In this document: one piece after another, positions 9,145 through 17,864 of the stretch
Layout of the letters: every line of letters begins with the position of its first letter
Position numbering within the stretch: the stretch's first letter is position 1
From: Deltaproteobacteria bacterium
GTDB taxonomy: Bacteria; Myxococcota_A; UBA9160; SMWR01
NCBI GenBank assembly: GCA_032128375.1
Contig: JAQBGU010000020.1
Location: forward strand, 1 to 35,809
DNA length: 35,809 bases
Direction: 5' to 3'
Program-made: the position numbers and the translations under genes
The notes under the pieces: generated by a model
What the model saw: the letters and a program-made list of their open reading frames with translations, nothing else
Told to the model about the DNA's origin: nothing
The model's database searches: none

Positions 9145-10320
9145 CTAGAACTCGAAGGGCAGATGGGTGTAGCCCCGCACGAATTCGGTGCGCAGCAACT
9201 TCGCGCCCGAGTGATCGATGCGGTACTCGGGCATCCGGCGCATCACTTCTTCGAGCATGAGTTCGCCTTCCATTTTCGCAAAATGGGCACCCAGGCACCG
9301 GTGAACACCGTGCCCGAAGGTCAGGATGCGCGGATTCGGGCGATGGATGTCGAAACGGTCCGGATCTTCGAACTCGCGCTCGTCTCGATTGCCCGACGGG
9401 TACACGAACATGATCGAATGCCCCGGCTGCAGTCGCTTGCCCCGCAGCTCCAACTCCTGTGTGACGCTTCGCATCAGGAACTGCGTCGGCATGTCGTATC
9501 GCAAGCACTCCTGAAGGGCCTGAGGGATCAGGCTCTTGTCGGCCGCGAGCTCGGCGCGTTGATCGGGGTGTTCCTCGAGCCGTTTGAGCGACGTCGCCAT
9601 CACCTTCGGAAAGGTGTCGGTCCCACCGATCAGCAACAGCAACAGATGCTGACCCACGATGTCATCCGAAAGCGGCTCGCCACCCGTCTGAGCCCGGACG
9701 AGTACGTCGATGGGGGACTCGATTTCTCCAGTGTATCTTCGGCGCTCCGCGGCGATACCCGACAAGTACCCGAGGATCTCTCCGAAGGCGGCCACACCGT
9801 CTTCGGTCATACCTTCGACACCGTCCTCGCGCGCGGAGAAACGTGCGACCAAGGCGAGCATTTTGTCCGCGTCAGACTCGGGAAAGCCTGCTGCTTCGCA
9901 AGTGACCTTGACCGCGATGACCTGCGCGAGATCCGCGACGATGTCGCCCCGACCCTTGTCGTAGAAAGAGTCGATGCATTCCGTCACCCAACCGCGAATC
10001 CGTCCTTCGAGCGACTTCACACGCCTCGGCATGAAGAAGTGCATCATCGACGCCCGTAGCGCCACTTGTTCGGGCGGATCCATGTGGTTGAGATTGGGAA
10101 GGGCTGGAATGACCTTCGTCAACAGATAGGGGGACGACGTGCCTTTCACGGCCGTGAAGTGTTCGTTGTCCATCGACAACGCCCAGATATCTTCGAACAG
10201 CGTCAACGCCCAGGAGTCATACTTCTCCACGAAGTGGACCGGGGACTCGGCACGCAGGCGCTTGTAGATCGAATTCGGGTCATCCAGCGCTTCGTCGGAA
10301 AACGGATCGTAGTCAGCCAC
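9145..10320 (-). CDS. Cytochrome P450
   Basis: I-helix GGTDT, ECLR, heme motif FGHGVHRCLG. GTG start with AAGGAG SD. Confidence 0.97.
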   Translation of the reverse strand: MADYDPFSDEALDDPNSIYKRLRAESPVHFVEKYDSWALTLFEDIWALSMDNEHFTAVKGTSSPYLLTKVIPALPNLNHMDPPEQVALRASMMHFFMPRRVKSLEGRIRGWVTECIDSFYDKGRGDIVADLAQVIAVKVTCEAAGFPESDADKMLALVARFSAREDGVEGMTEDGVAAFGEILGYLSGIAAERRRYTGEIESPIDVLVRAQTGGEPLSDDIVGQHLLLLLIGGTDTFPKVMATSLKRLEEHPDQRAELAADKSLIPQALQECLRYDMPTQFLMRSVTQELELRGKRLQPGHSIMFVYPSGNRDEREFEDPDRFDIHRPNPRILTFGHGVHRCLGAHFAKMEGELMLEEVMRRMPEYRIDHSGAKLLRTEFVRGYTHLPFEF

Positions 10321-10502
10321 ACTAATCTCCTTGGGGTCGCAGAGGATTCCACGGCTTTCGCCCGTCGTCGAGGGCGACTCGCAGCTGCGATCCTGCAGCC
10401 CATTCGCTCCCAGGTGGGGGAAGTCTGAGGCTGGGGATTCATGTTTCGAGTCTCGCTGAGCTGACTCATCGATGCACGACTGAAGATGGATTTCTCTTTG
10501 CG

Positions 10503-11978
10503 CTACTTCGAAGGAACCAGCGCGAGCCGGTGGTCACGGACGGTCGTATCGATGATGAGTTCCGTACCGTCTACGCGTGCGCTTCCGTCGCCTTTCAGCC
10601 GCCATCGCGCGGCATCTTCCAGGCCGGTCACTCTGAACTGCGTCGGCGTCCCATCGGCTTCGTCGTGCTGCGGGTGGAGTCGAAGTCGCAACGCACCTCG
10701 ATCCCAGCGCGCCTCGGCGAGCGCAACGATCGGAAAATCGACGCCATCGACCAGGCCGGGTTGTTCAGCCAGTGGTGCCGCCGAAATGGAAGACCAGGCA
10801 GCGGGGCTCACGGCCTCGCCGGCCGCCAGGAAACCGTTGTACTGGCCGCGTGGATGTTCCTCCGCCAGACCGAGCTCCCAGGTAAACTCGCCTCTCGTGC
10901 GGTCCCAGGTTGGCTCGCAGTGCGCCTCGAGTGATTGCCGTAGCGCTGTTTCGAGCGAGTCGATGCCCCATTCGCGGGACAGGAACCAGGCGATCGCAAG
11001 GATACGCACGTTCTCCACGTTGCCGACTTCCCCGTTCGAAATTCCAGCGCTCGTGGCAGCCGCCTCGAACAGGCGTCTGGCTTCTTCGGGCACCTGGGGT
11101 GCCAAGTAGAAGCAATAAGTCATCGCGAAGGTCGTCGGCAGTCGGTGATGGATATCGAGGACCGGGTCGTAGTAGGCCGTCACGACGCTGGGAACATCCT
11201 TCTGATCGAGGCCCAGGTAAGCGCGCCTGGCATGGGCCCACCATGGGTCGAATGCGGTCGAGTGAAAATCCGTTCCGTGCCGATTGTCGTGGAGCCTCAG
11301 ACCGAGGCCCGCGCCGCTCAGTCAGAGGGGCCAGACCTTCGTGTTCTCGCAGTGGCAGCCCTGCGGCCGTTGCTTCCACTGCTGGGTCAGGTGAGCGGCG
11401 ATCGCCGTGTGCGACCACTCGAAAGTGTGCTCGCCGTCGCGGATCATTTTGAAGGGCTCGTTCCAACGGTCATCGGTGGCGATCATCGAGCGCAGACCGA
11501 GCATCACCAGAAAGAAGCCCTTGTAGAAGAGCATCCCGTCGGCGGCGATCGGGTCCATCTGGACCCCATAGGGTTCGATCCCATTCGCGGTCCAGCCCGG
11601 AGCGTCATAGCTTCCCCACAGTTCGGCGGGGATGAGGAAGCGATACAGGTCCGGGTACTTGTCGCGGTCGGGATCGTTGCCGAACTGTGTCAGCCAATCG
11701 TTCGCAGACCACCAGCCGGTGTGACGCGCGATCAGCTGATCGAGCACGGCAACGTAGGGGGCGCGCCAGGCGGGCGTCGTCTGAGCCATCAGGGCCATCG
11801 CATAGCTCGAATCGACCAGGTCGAAGCGGGGCCACGATGCCATCGGGGCGTCCGATCGGTCATCCCAATGCGGATGCGGTTTGCCCTCGCGGTTCCAATC
11901 GTCGGGTGTGTGGGCCTTGCGGTGCAGGTACCGGAGCCAACCGAGAGATCGCTCCGAGAGTTCAGTCGGCGTGTTCAT
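10503..11978 (-). CDS. Linalool dehydratase/isomerase-family protein, predicted selenoprotein (Sec219, TGA at 11322-11324); 491 aa
   Basis: ORFs 11322..11978 and 10503..11183 share a frame, and the 46 codons between them are open. Read-through gives DPIAADGMLFYKG...GCHCENTKVWPL-U-LSGAGLGLRLHDNRHGTDF, matching LinD DPIEKENIMYKG...[32 protein letters not shown] (recalled). A SECIS-like hairpin follows the TGA. GAGGAG SD at the start. Confidence 0.82.
11292..11324 (-). promoter_or_regulatory. Bacterial SECIS-like element (UGA + 11 nt + hairpin)
   Basis: mRNA UGA-CUGAGCGGCGC-GGGCCUC-GGUCU-GAGGCUC: 7-bp stem with a GGUCU loop. G23/U24 fall at the same positions as in the E. coli fdhF SECIS. Confidence 0.75.
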
Positions 11979-12304
11979 GCGGGTCTCCTCGACTGACTTT
12001 CGAGCAAGGCTGGATTACGTCCGCGCGGAACTGCTCGGTGAGAACTCTCCGCGCGGCATCTCCGCGTTGCGCAGCTTACCCGATTCGATGAGAAAGCTCT
12101 TCGGCTCACGCGTTCGCGGCTCTGCGGCGAGCGCTCCACATTGTCAGTCTTCCGCGCAAGGTCCGCCTCCTGATTCGGACCGGGCAATCCGATTCCGTTC
12201 ACATTGTATGGACGCAAAATCGGTCCCGACGACTGAGATCCGAGCACCTGCGAACTCAAGCCGCCATTCGGCTCGTCCGACAGGCAGACGGGGAGGTCGG
12301 GCTC

Positions 12305-13033
12305 TTGCTCAGTTGGATCGCTGTTGGGTTCTTCGTCGCCGTCACCGCGATTGCGGCAGGGCGGTTGTTGCAGCTGTACCGCGAGACGCGCGGGCTCCCC
12401 GAGCTGTTGATTTCGACTCTCATTCTCGGCGTGGGGACGTTCGGCGTGGGGGGCAGCTTCGTGATCACATCGCTGGTACCCGAAGGGGCGCTGCGTACCG
12501 TGCTGAGCTTCATCCCCACCACCGGAGTCCATGTCGGAATGGCGGCACTGAGTGTGTTCACTTGGCGCGTCTATCGCCCCGATAGCCACGCGGCGCGGGC
12601 GTCTTGCATCGCGCTGGTGTCTGCCTTGTTCGGTCTCGTCGTCTACGCCCTCGCACACGGAACTGCGTTGGCGCTTCAGGAGCGGCCGATCGCACTCGCG
12701 AGTTCTGCGATTTACGTGACCACGATGGCGTGGAGCGCAGTCGAGGCGCTGATGTACTGGAGTACGATGAAGCGTCGGCGTAGTTTGGGTCTTGCGGATC
12801 CACTCGTAACCAACCGCTTTCTTCTCTGGGGCCTCGCAACCGGAACGGCCGCCCAGGGGATTGCCATCGGGGCCATCGCCCAATTCGGATTCGGCCTGGT
12901 GGGGACCGGCGCTGGTTTGGTCACGCTGTGTTATGCGGTGCACGGCTCCCTGTCGGCCGTCTGCTTCTGGCTGGCCTTCCAGCCACCCAAACCGTATGCC
13001 CGCTGGATCGCGCGCGGATTCGAAGCGAGCTGA
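12305..13033 (+). CDS. Hypothetical polytopic membrane protein (~7 hydrophobic segments)
   Basis: 242-aa ORF with repeated hydrophobic stretches; GGAGG SD before the TTG start. Confidence 0.75.
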   Translation: MLSWIAVGFFVAVTAIAAGRLLQLYRETRGLPELLISTLILGVGTFGVGGSFVITSLVPEGALRTVLSFIPTTGVHVGMAALSVFTWRVYRPDSHAARASCIALVSALFGLVVYALAHGTALALQERPIALASSAIYVTTMAWSAVEALMYWSTMKRRRSLGLADPLVTNRFLLWGLATGTAAQGIAIGAIAQFGFGLVGTGAGLVTLCYAVHGSLSAVCFWLAFQPPKPYARWIARGFEAS

Positions 13034-13120
13034 TAGGCGGCGCTGGCGCCGCGCATCAATCCCGTCAGCGACGATCTTGTCCTGGCTGCGAACCACTCCG
13101 CCAGCCACGCGGTTCGGCGC

Positions 13121-13495
13121 TCAGCCGAGTTTCATCTCGAAAAAGCAGAGATTGTTGCCGTCCAGGTCGCGAACGTAGGCTCCGTAGAAGACCGGGAGTC
13201 TTTCGCCAGGCGGTCCCTCGTCTGTCGCACCGAGTTCTATCGCCCTGGCGTAGAGTTTGTCCACACCGTCTCTCGACCCACCGGGAATCGCCACCATGTT
13301 GCCGTTTCCCGATTCATGAGGTTCTTCGTTGTACGGGATGCACAGGGCCAGCATCGCCTGGTCGGTCGACGTGCCATAGAACTTGATGCGGTCCATGCCG
13401 AAAAGCTGCGCGGCGCCAACCTCGGCGAGCAGTGCGTCGTAGAAGGCAACGGCGCGGGCCATGTCTTGGGTACCGATGGTGGTGTAACCGAGAAT
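13121..13495 (-). CDS. VOC (glyoxalase/bleomycin resistance) family protein, probable ATT start
   Basis: (I)LGYTTIGTQDMARAVAFYDALL...GNGNMVA...GATDEGPPGER...FYGAYVRDLDGN. AAGGAG lies 7 nt before ATT 13495; the track's ATG is at 13462. Confidence 0.85.
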   Translation of the reverse strand: MLGYTTIGTQDMARAVAFYDALLAEVGAAQLFGMDRIKFYGTSTDQAMLALCIPYNEEPHESGNGNMVAIPGGSRDGVDKLYARAIELGATDEGPPGERLPVFYGAYVRDLDGNNLCFFEMKLG

Positions 13496-13702
13496 TGGAT
13501 ATCTCCTTGTGGGTGGCTTGTGGCTGGTATGGGCCGGGCTTGTAGCCTATCTCTGCGCTCAGGTACGGCAAGTTTCCGCGCCTGAGCGATTCTCGAATTC
13601 ACGGCTGGCGGTCGCCCCGTACGCGGGGGGGTCAGGGTGTAGAGTAGGTGTCGACCGTGGGGATAGACGAGAAGGTCTCCACTGAAGGGGAGCCGAGCCA
13701 CC

Positions 13703-14212
13703 ATGCATGTTGAACTCAGCGAAGCGTCTATTGCTGATCAACCTATTCTTGCGAACCTGTTGAGCCTCTACCTTCACGACTTCAGCGAAGTGTTTGGTGA
13801 CGCGCCGGGATCGGATGGGCGTTTCACTTATCAGCGGCTGCCGCTGTATTTCGAAGAAATCGGGCGCACGCCGCTCTTGATCAAATCCGACGGCCGGCTG
13901 GCGGGCTTCGCTCTTGTGACGGGCGGCTCCAGGGTCGACGATTCACCGCTGGTTTGGGATCTCAGTGAGTTCTTCGTGGTGCGGGGACTGCGCCGTCGCG
14001 GGGTCGGGCAAATGGCGGCATCGGAACTGTTCGGCCGCTTTCCAGGGACCTGGGAGGTTCGAGCCCTGGATCGCAACAAGGGCGCCTTCGAATTCTGGGC
14101 GAGTGCAATCGCCCGGCACACGCGGGGAGAATTCGAGATGCTGCCGTGGGAATCGAACGACGGGATGACGTGGAAAGTCTTCCGGTTCACTCAGGGCCCG
14201 GACGCCGGCTAG
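13703..14212 (+). CDS. GNAT family N-acetyltransferase
   Basis: NLLSLYLHDFSE, LAGFALV, EFFVVRGLRRRGVG (acetyl-CoA motif A), PGTWEV, N.GA..FW. Confidence 0.9.
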   Translation: MHVELSEASIADQPILANLLSLYLHDFSEVFGDAPGSDGRFTYQRLPLYFEEIGRTPLLIKSDGRLAGFALVTGGSRVDDSPLVWDLSEFFVVRGLRRRGVGQMAASELFGRFPGTWEVRALDRNKGAFEFWASAIARHTRGEFEMLPWESNDGMTWKVFRFTQGPDAG

Positions 14213-14327
14213 CGGTCGGGGCGTCGGATCAACCACCAGCATTGCACGCTCGATCCGCCGGACGAATCCAGCACCAGAGTTCGAGACCGCTCACTCCGAG
14301 TGCTGTGACTTCAGGTAGGCTTCCGCT

Positions 14328-15155
14328 ATGGACACCACAAACCTCTCCGGAAAGGTCGCTGTCGTCACGGGGGCCGCCAGCGGAATCGGCCGTGCCACCG
14401 CACTGGCGATGGCAGAGCGCGGGGCTGACCTCGCAATTTGCGACATCGATGTGGCCGGGCTGAAGGAAACGGCCGAGTCGATCGAAGGCACGGGGCGGCG
14501 CGCTAGTTCAGCCCGCGTCGATGTCGCGTGTCCCGACGATCTCCGCGCGTTCGCAGATCAAATCTATTCAGAACTCGGTCGTGTCGACATCTTGGTCAAC
14601 AATGCGGGGATCGGTGTGGGTGGGCTCTTCGTCGATGTCCCGCTCGAAGAGTGGGACACGATCGTGGATATCAACCTGAAGGGTGTCGTTCACGGCTGCC
14701 ACATTTTCCTGCCCCGCATGATCGCGGCCGGTAACGGCGGGCACGTCGTCAACATCGCGTCGATGGCCGGATTTTGTCAGGCACCCGGCATGAGCGCCTA
14801 CTGCGCAACAAAGTTCGGCGTGATCGGCTTCTCCGAATCGATCCGGATCGAACTCGCGGAGCATCGCATTGGCGTCAGCGCGATTTGTCCGGGCGTGATC
14901 AACACGGCAATCGTTCGCAGCGTTCGGAATTATGGCGCCATGGCCACCGACGAGCGCCGCGAGGAGGGGGTTCGCGCATTCCAGCGTCGGAACTACGGCC
15001 CAGAGCGCGTCGCCCAGGGGATCTTGAAGGCAATTGCCAAAAATCGCGGCTTGGCGCCAGTTTCACCCGAGGCGTGGGCCGGTTACTGGGTCAAGCGGCT
15101 CTTTCCCTGGATCATCAGCCTGGTGGGCCGTATCGGGATTCGCAACCTGCGCTGA
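14328..15155 (+). CDS. Classical short-chain dehydrogenase/reductase
   Basis: TGAASGIG, NNAG, VNIAS, YCATK. Confidence 0.95.
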   Translation: MDTTNLSGKVAVVTGAASGIGRATALAMAERGADLAICDIDVAGLKETAESIEGTGRRASSARVDVACPDDLRAFADQIYSELGRVDILVNNAGIGVGGLFVDVPLEEWDTIVDINLKGVVHGCHIFLPRMIAAGNGGHVVNIASMAGFCQAPGMSAYCATKFGVIGFSESIRIELAEHRIGVSAICPGVINTAIVRSVRNYGAMATDERREEGVRAFQRRNYGPERVAQGILKAIAKNRGLAPVSPEAWAGYWVKRLFPWIISLVGRIGIRNLR

Positions 15156-15230
15156 CCGAGATCAGGTGATTTCGCTCCCGTTGGATGCGTTCGGGTTGGA
15201 AATCAAACGCTTCATGTAGGTGATTTCCAG

Positions 15231-16028
15231 CTACCACTTTTCGACCCAGGGACGAAGCACGACTTCGAAGGCCCAGGTCGAGCGGTGCTGCCGATGCAAT
15301 TGAAAATAGGTCTGGGCGATATGCGCGGGGTCGGCCATGTTGTCGTCGACGGTCGTTCCGGCCGCCCAGTGTTCGCGCGTGCCGTCTTCTTGGGTCCAGC
15401 CGATCGCGGCATCGATCGGGACGTGCGCGACGTGAATTCCCAGCGGCATGAGCTCGCGCGCCATGCTCTGCGCGAGTCCAGACTTCCCGTGCGAGGCCAT
15501 CGCAAAAGCAGCGCTGTTCGGATAGCCCTTGAGCGCAGCACTGGCGTTCGTGAACAAGATCGTGCCGCGGTGCTGAGTCTCGCCCGAGTCGATCGGCGCA
15601 GCGAGCATGCTCGCCGCCGCCTGTTGCCCGACCAGAAACGCGCTGTAAGTCGAGTTCTTCAGCGTGGCGAGGACGTGCTCGGGATCGGCCTCGGTAATGC
15701 CCTTGCGAAAGATGCTCGCGGTTCTTCCGTCAATGTTGTGCACCACGAGTCGGGGCGGTCCGAGGTCCTCGGTCACGGCTCGAAACAGGCCCGCGACCGA
15801 GTCTGGCTGGGCCGCATCGCATTGATATCGGCGGACACCGTGTTCGCTCTCGAGCCTCTCGAGCACGGGCTTTTCCGGGTTCCGAGCCGCCACCGCGACC
15901 TTCATTCCTTCGCTTGCAAACAGCCGCGCGCAGCTCGCACTGACGCCGGGTCCAGCGCCCACGATCAGGGCGATCTCGTCGTCGGCAGCTCCTGAGGTGT
16001 CAGAAGAACGTCCAGCACTGCTTGTCAT
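15231..16028 (-). CDS. Atypical SDR family oxidoreductase
   Basis: IVGAGPGVS, ILFTNASA, FAMASHGKSGLAQSMARE, GIHVAHV.IDA, QHRSTWAFE..LRPWVEKW. Start trimmed to ATG 16028. Confidence 0.88.
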   Translation of the reverse strand: MTSSAGRSSDTSGAADDEIALIVGAGPGVSASCARLFASEGMKVAVAARNPEKPVLERLESEHGVRRYQCDAAQPDSVAGLFRAVTEDLGPPRLVVHNIDGRTASIFRKGITEADPEHVLATLKNSTYSAFLVGQQAAASMLAAPIDSGETQHRGTILFTNASAALKGYPNSAAFAMASHGKSGLAQSMARELMPLGIHVAHVPIDAAIGWTQEDGTREHWAAGTTVDDNMADPAHIAQTYFQLHRQHRSTWAFEVVLRPWVEKW

Positions 16029-16165
16029 CGTGATGTCCCTTGTTCGTCGTCCGGTAGGGGGTGTGTCTTCGCTCGTCCGCATACCCGATCGACATTGAAG
16101 CGGAACTCCGTACGACTTGCCGAGGATCGGAAAGAAACCTCATCGACCTTGTCCGAACTGATCCA

Positions 16166-16993
16166 TTACTCCAACAGTCGGGCTGCATCGTCGTAGTCGA
16201 CCAGGCCCAATCGGCCTCCGAACGCAGGCGCGTAGGAGCGGAAGCCCAACAGGTTGCGGGCGCGGTCGGGCAGCGTCCGGGCCACGTCGAGTGGTATGCT
16301 GAGCTGGAAGTTCTCCTCCGCGCGCAACCAGCCTCGACAGAAACCAGCGTGTAGTCCAACCCGCCATTGGTCGGTTGTGACGTTTGCGCCACCGCCGTGG
16401 ATCACCTTGCCGCTGTAGAAGAGCGCGGAGCCGGCCGGCATCGTCGCGCGGCACAGTGTTTCCGCAGGCGCCGGCGGAAGGGTGCCCGCCCAGTGGTTCG
16501 AGCCGGGAGCGATCACTGTCGCGCCGTTGGCCTGTGTGAAATCGGTCAGCGCGAAGATCGCTGTCACGGTGATCTCGTCTGCGCGCATGGCATGCGGCCA
16601 GTTGAGCTCGTCCCGATGCAGCATCTGCGGTGTTTCGTCGGGACCGATGCAAATCAGTTGGCCGGTGTTCAGCCAGTAGTCGTCGGTGCCGAGGTAGCGG
16701 TCGCCCATGGCCTGGTAGCGTTCGTCACAAAGCAGCTCGACCCATGCCGGCGAGTACTTCGGCAGGCCGGTAATGCGCTTGGTCTTTACGCCGTGAAATT
16801 TCGTCCAGGGACCCTCGGTGGTGCTGCCCGGCTCGTGCGACGCGATCAACGGCGCGCAGTCTTGCTGGAGTCGTTCGAGTAAATCGGGGTCGATGAAGCG
16901 CTCGATGATCAGGCCGCCGTCGGCATCGAAGGCGTCCCAGATCGAGTCCCAGTTCGGGTCACCCGTCGCGTCGAATCGCTGAAGCTCGGGCAT
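16166..16993 (-). CDS. Phytanoyl-CoA dioxygenase (PhyH)-family Fe(II)/2-oxoglutarate dioxygenase
   Basis: IGPDETPQMLHRDE (HxD), ALTDFTQANGAT..PGS, IHGGGAN, GWLRAEEN. ATG 16993 with GAGGA SD. Confidence 0.92.
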   Translation of the reverse strand: MPELQRFDATGDPNWDSIWDAFDADGGLIIERFIDPDLLERLQQDCAPLIASHEPGSTTEGPWTKFHGVKTKRITGLPKYSPAWVELLCDERYQAMGDRYLGTDDYWLNTGQLICIGPDETPQMLHRDELNWPHAMRADEITVTAIFALTDFTQANGATVIAPGSNHWAGTLPPAPAETLCRATMPAGSALFYSGKVIHGGGANVTTDQWRVGLHAGFCRGWLRAEENFQLSIPLDVARTLPDRARNLLGFRSYAPAFGGRLGLVDYDDAARLLE

Positions 16994-17093
16994 TGTCGGC
17001 GTCCTCATCTGGGTGGTGTAATTGTAATAGGTATTGCCAAAAGGTTCGCGAACGAACAGATCGGTGGCCTTCTGGAACCGGCTGGAAAACCTG

Positions 17094-17133
17094 ATTTGTA
17101 CAATGTAGTCACTATTGACCACAATGTACAAAT
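17094..17133. promoter_or_regulatory. Putative TetR operator (18-bp inverted repeat, 4-bp spacer)
   Basis: atttgtacaatgtagtca-ctat-tgaccacaatgtacaaat, 16/18 symmetric, between the divergent phyH-like and tetR genes. Confidence 0.75.
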
Positions 17134-17149
17134 TGTCTAAGCTGACGGC

Positions 17150-17791
17150 TTGAGCGCAGCCCCCGTCCCCGCCAGCCGTACCGATCGCCGCCGTGCCCAG
17201 ACACGCGCCGCATTGATTGAAGCGGCTCGCGGCGTGTTCGCGGAGCGTGGCCTCGAAGGCGCCACCATCCAGCAGATCACCGACGCCGCAGACGTCGCGA
17301 AAGGAAGCTTTTACAACCACTTCGAGTCGCGCGACGACCTGCAACGGGCCGTCGCAGCGGCGGCGCTCGAAGAACTGGGCGCGGCGCTGGATCGCGATGT
17401 CGAGCAGCGCGAGCGCGACCCGGCGCGGGTGATCGCTGCGTCATTGCTCAGCACGCTTCGCACTTGCCTCGAGGAGCCGGCACTCGGTGGCTTCTTGCTG
17501 CAGAACGCCGACCTGATGGAGGTGGGGGGCGCAATCGTCCGGCGCGGCCAGCGCGACCTGATGCGCGGTCGTCGGCAGGGGCGCTTCCTGGTCGACCACG
17601 TCGGAACGCTGTGGGCTGCTCTCGCCGGAGCGGGGCAGGGCCTGCTGCGAGCGCGGCTGCGGGGCGAACTCGACGAGAAAGCAGAGCCGCGCTTCGTAGC
17701 GCTGGCGCTGCGTATGCTTGGGCTCGGAGCCGAAGAATCCGACGCGATCGCTGCCGAGACGGCAAACGCGCTGGAAGGCAAGCCTCGATGA
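17150..17791 (+). CDS. TetR/AcrR family transcriptional regulator
   Basis: RRAQTRAALIEAARGVFAERGLEGATIQQITDAADVAKGSFYNHFESR is a TetR HTH. Confidence 0.95.
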   Translation: MSAAPVPASRTDRRRAQTRAALIEAARGVFAERGLEGATIQQITDAADVAKGSFYNHFESRDDLQRAVAAAALEELGAALDRDVEQRERDPARVIAASLLSTLRTCLEEPALGGFLLQNADLMEVGGAIVRRGQRDLMRGRRQGRFLVDHVGTLWAALAGAGQGLLRARLRGELDEKAEPRFVALALRMLGLGAEESDAIAAETANALEGKPR

Positions 17792-17864
17792 GCGAAGACC
17801 ACCGGCCGCTGGGGGTTGCATTGAGTCCCGACGGCAAACGCGCTGGAAGGCAAGCCTCGATGAG
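17758..17864. repeat. Perfect 35-bp direct repeat, 2 copies, spanning the tetR stop / next gene start
   Basis: gacggcaaacgcgctggaaggcaagcctcgatgag at 17758-17792 and 17830-17864 (72-bp period). Confidence 0.92.

Noticed and set aside
10503..11183. Separate 226-aa gene, or a nonsense pseudogene of the LinD-like gene
   Set aside because: No well-spaced SD at GTG 11183, homology continues through the TGA, the stop sits at a catalytic Cys column with a SECIS-like hairpin, and there are no other lesions. A pseudogene is not fully excluded without selABCD data.
17758..17864. 35-bp repeat with 37-bp spacer as a minimal CRISPR array
   Set aside because: Only two copies, overlapping coding sequence and a start junction, with no cas genes or leader; better explained as a local duplication.
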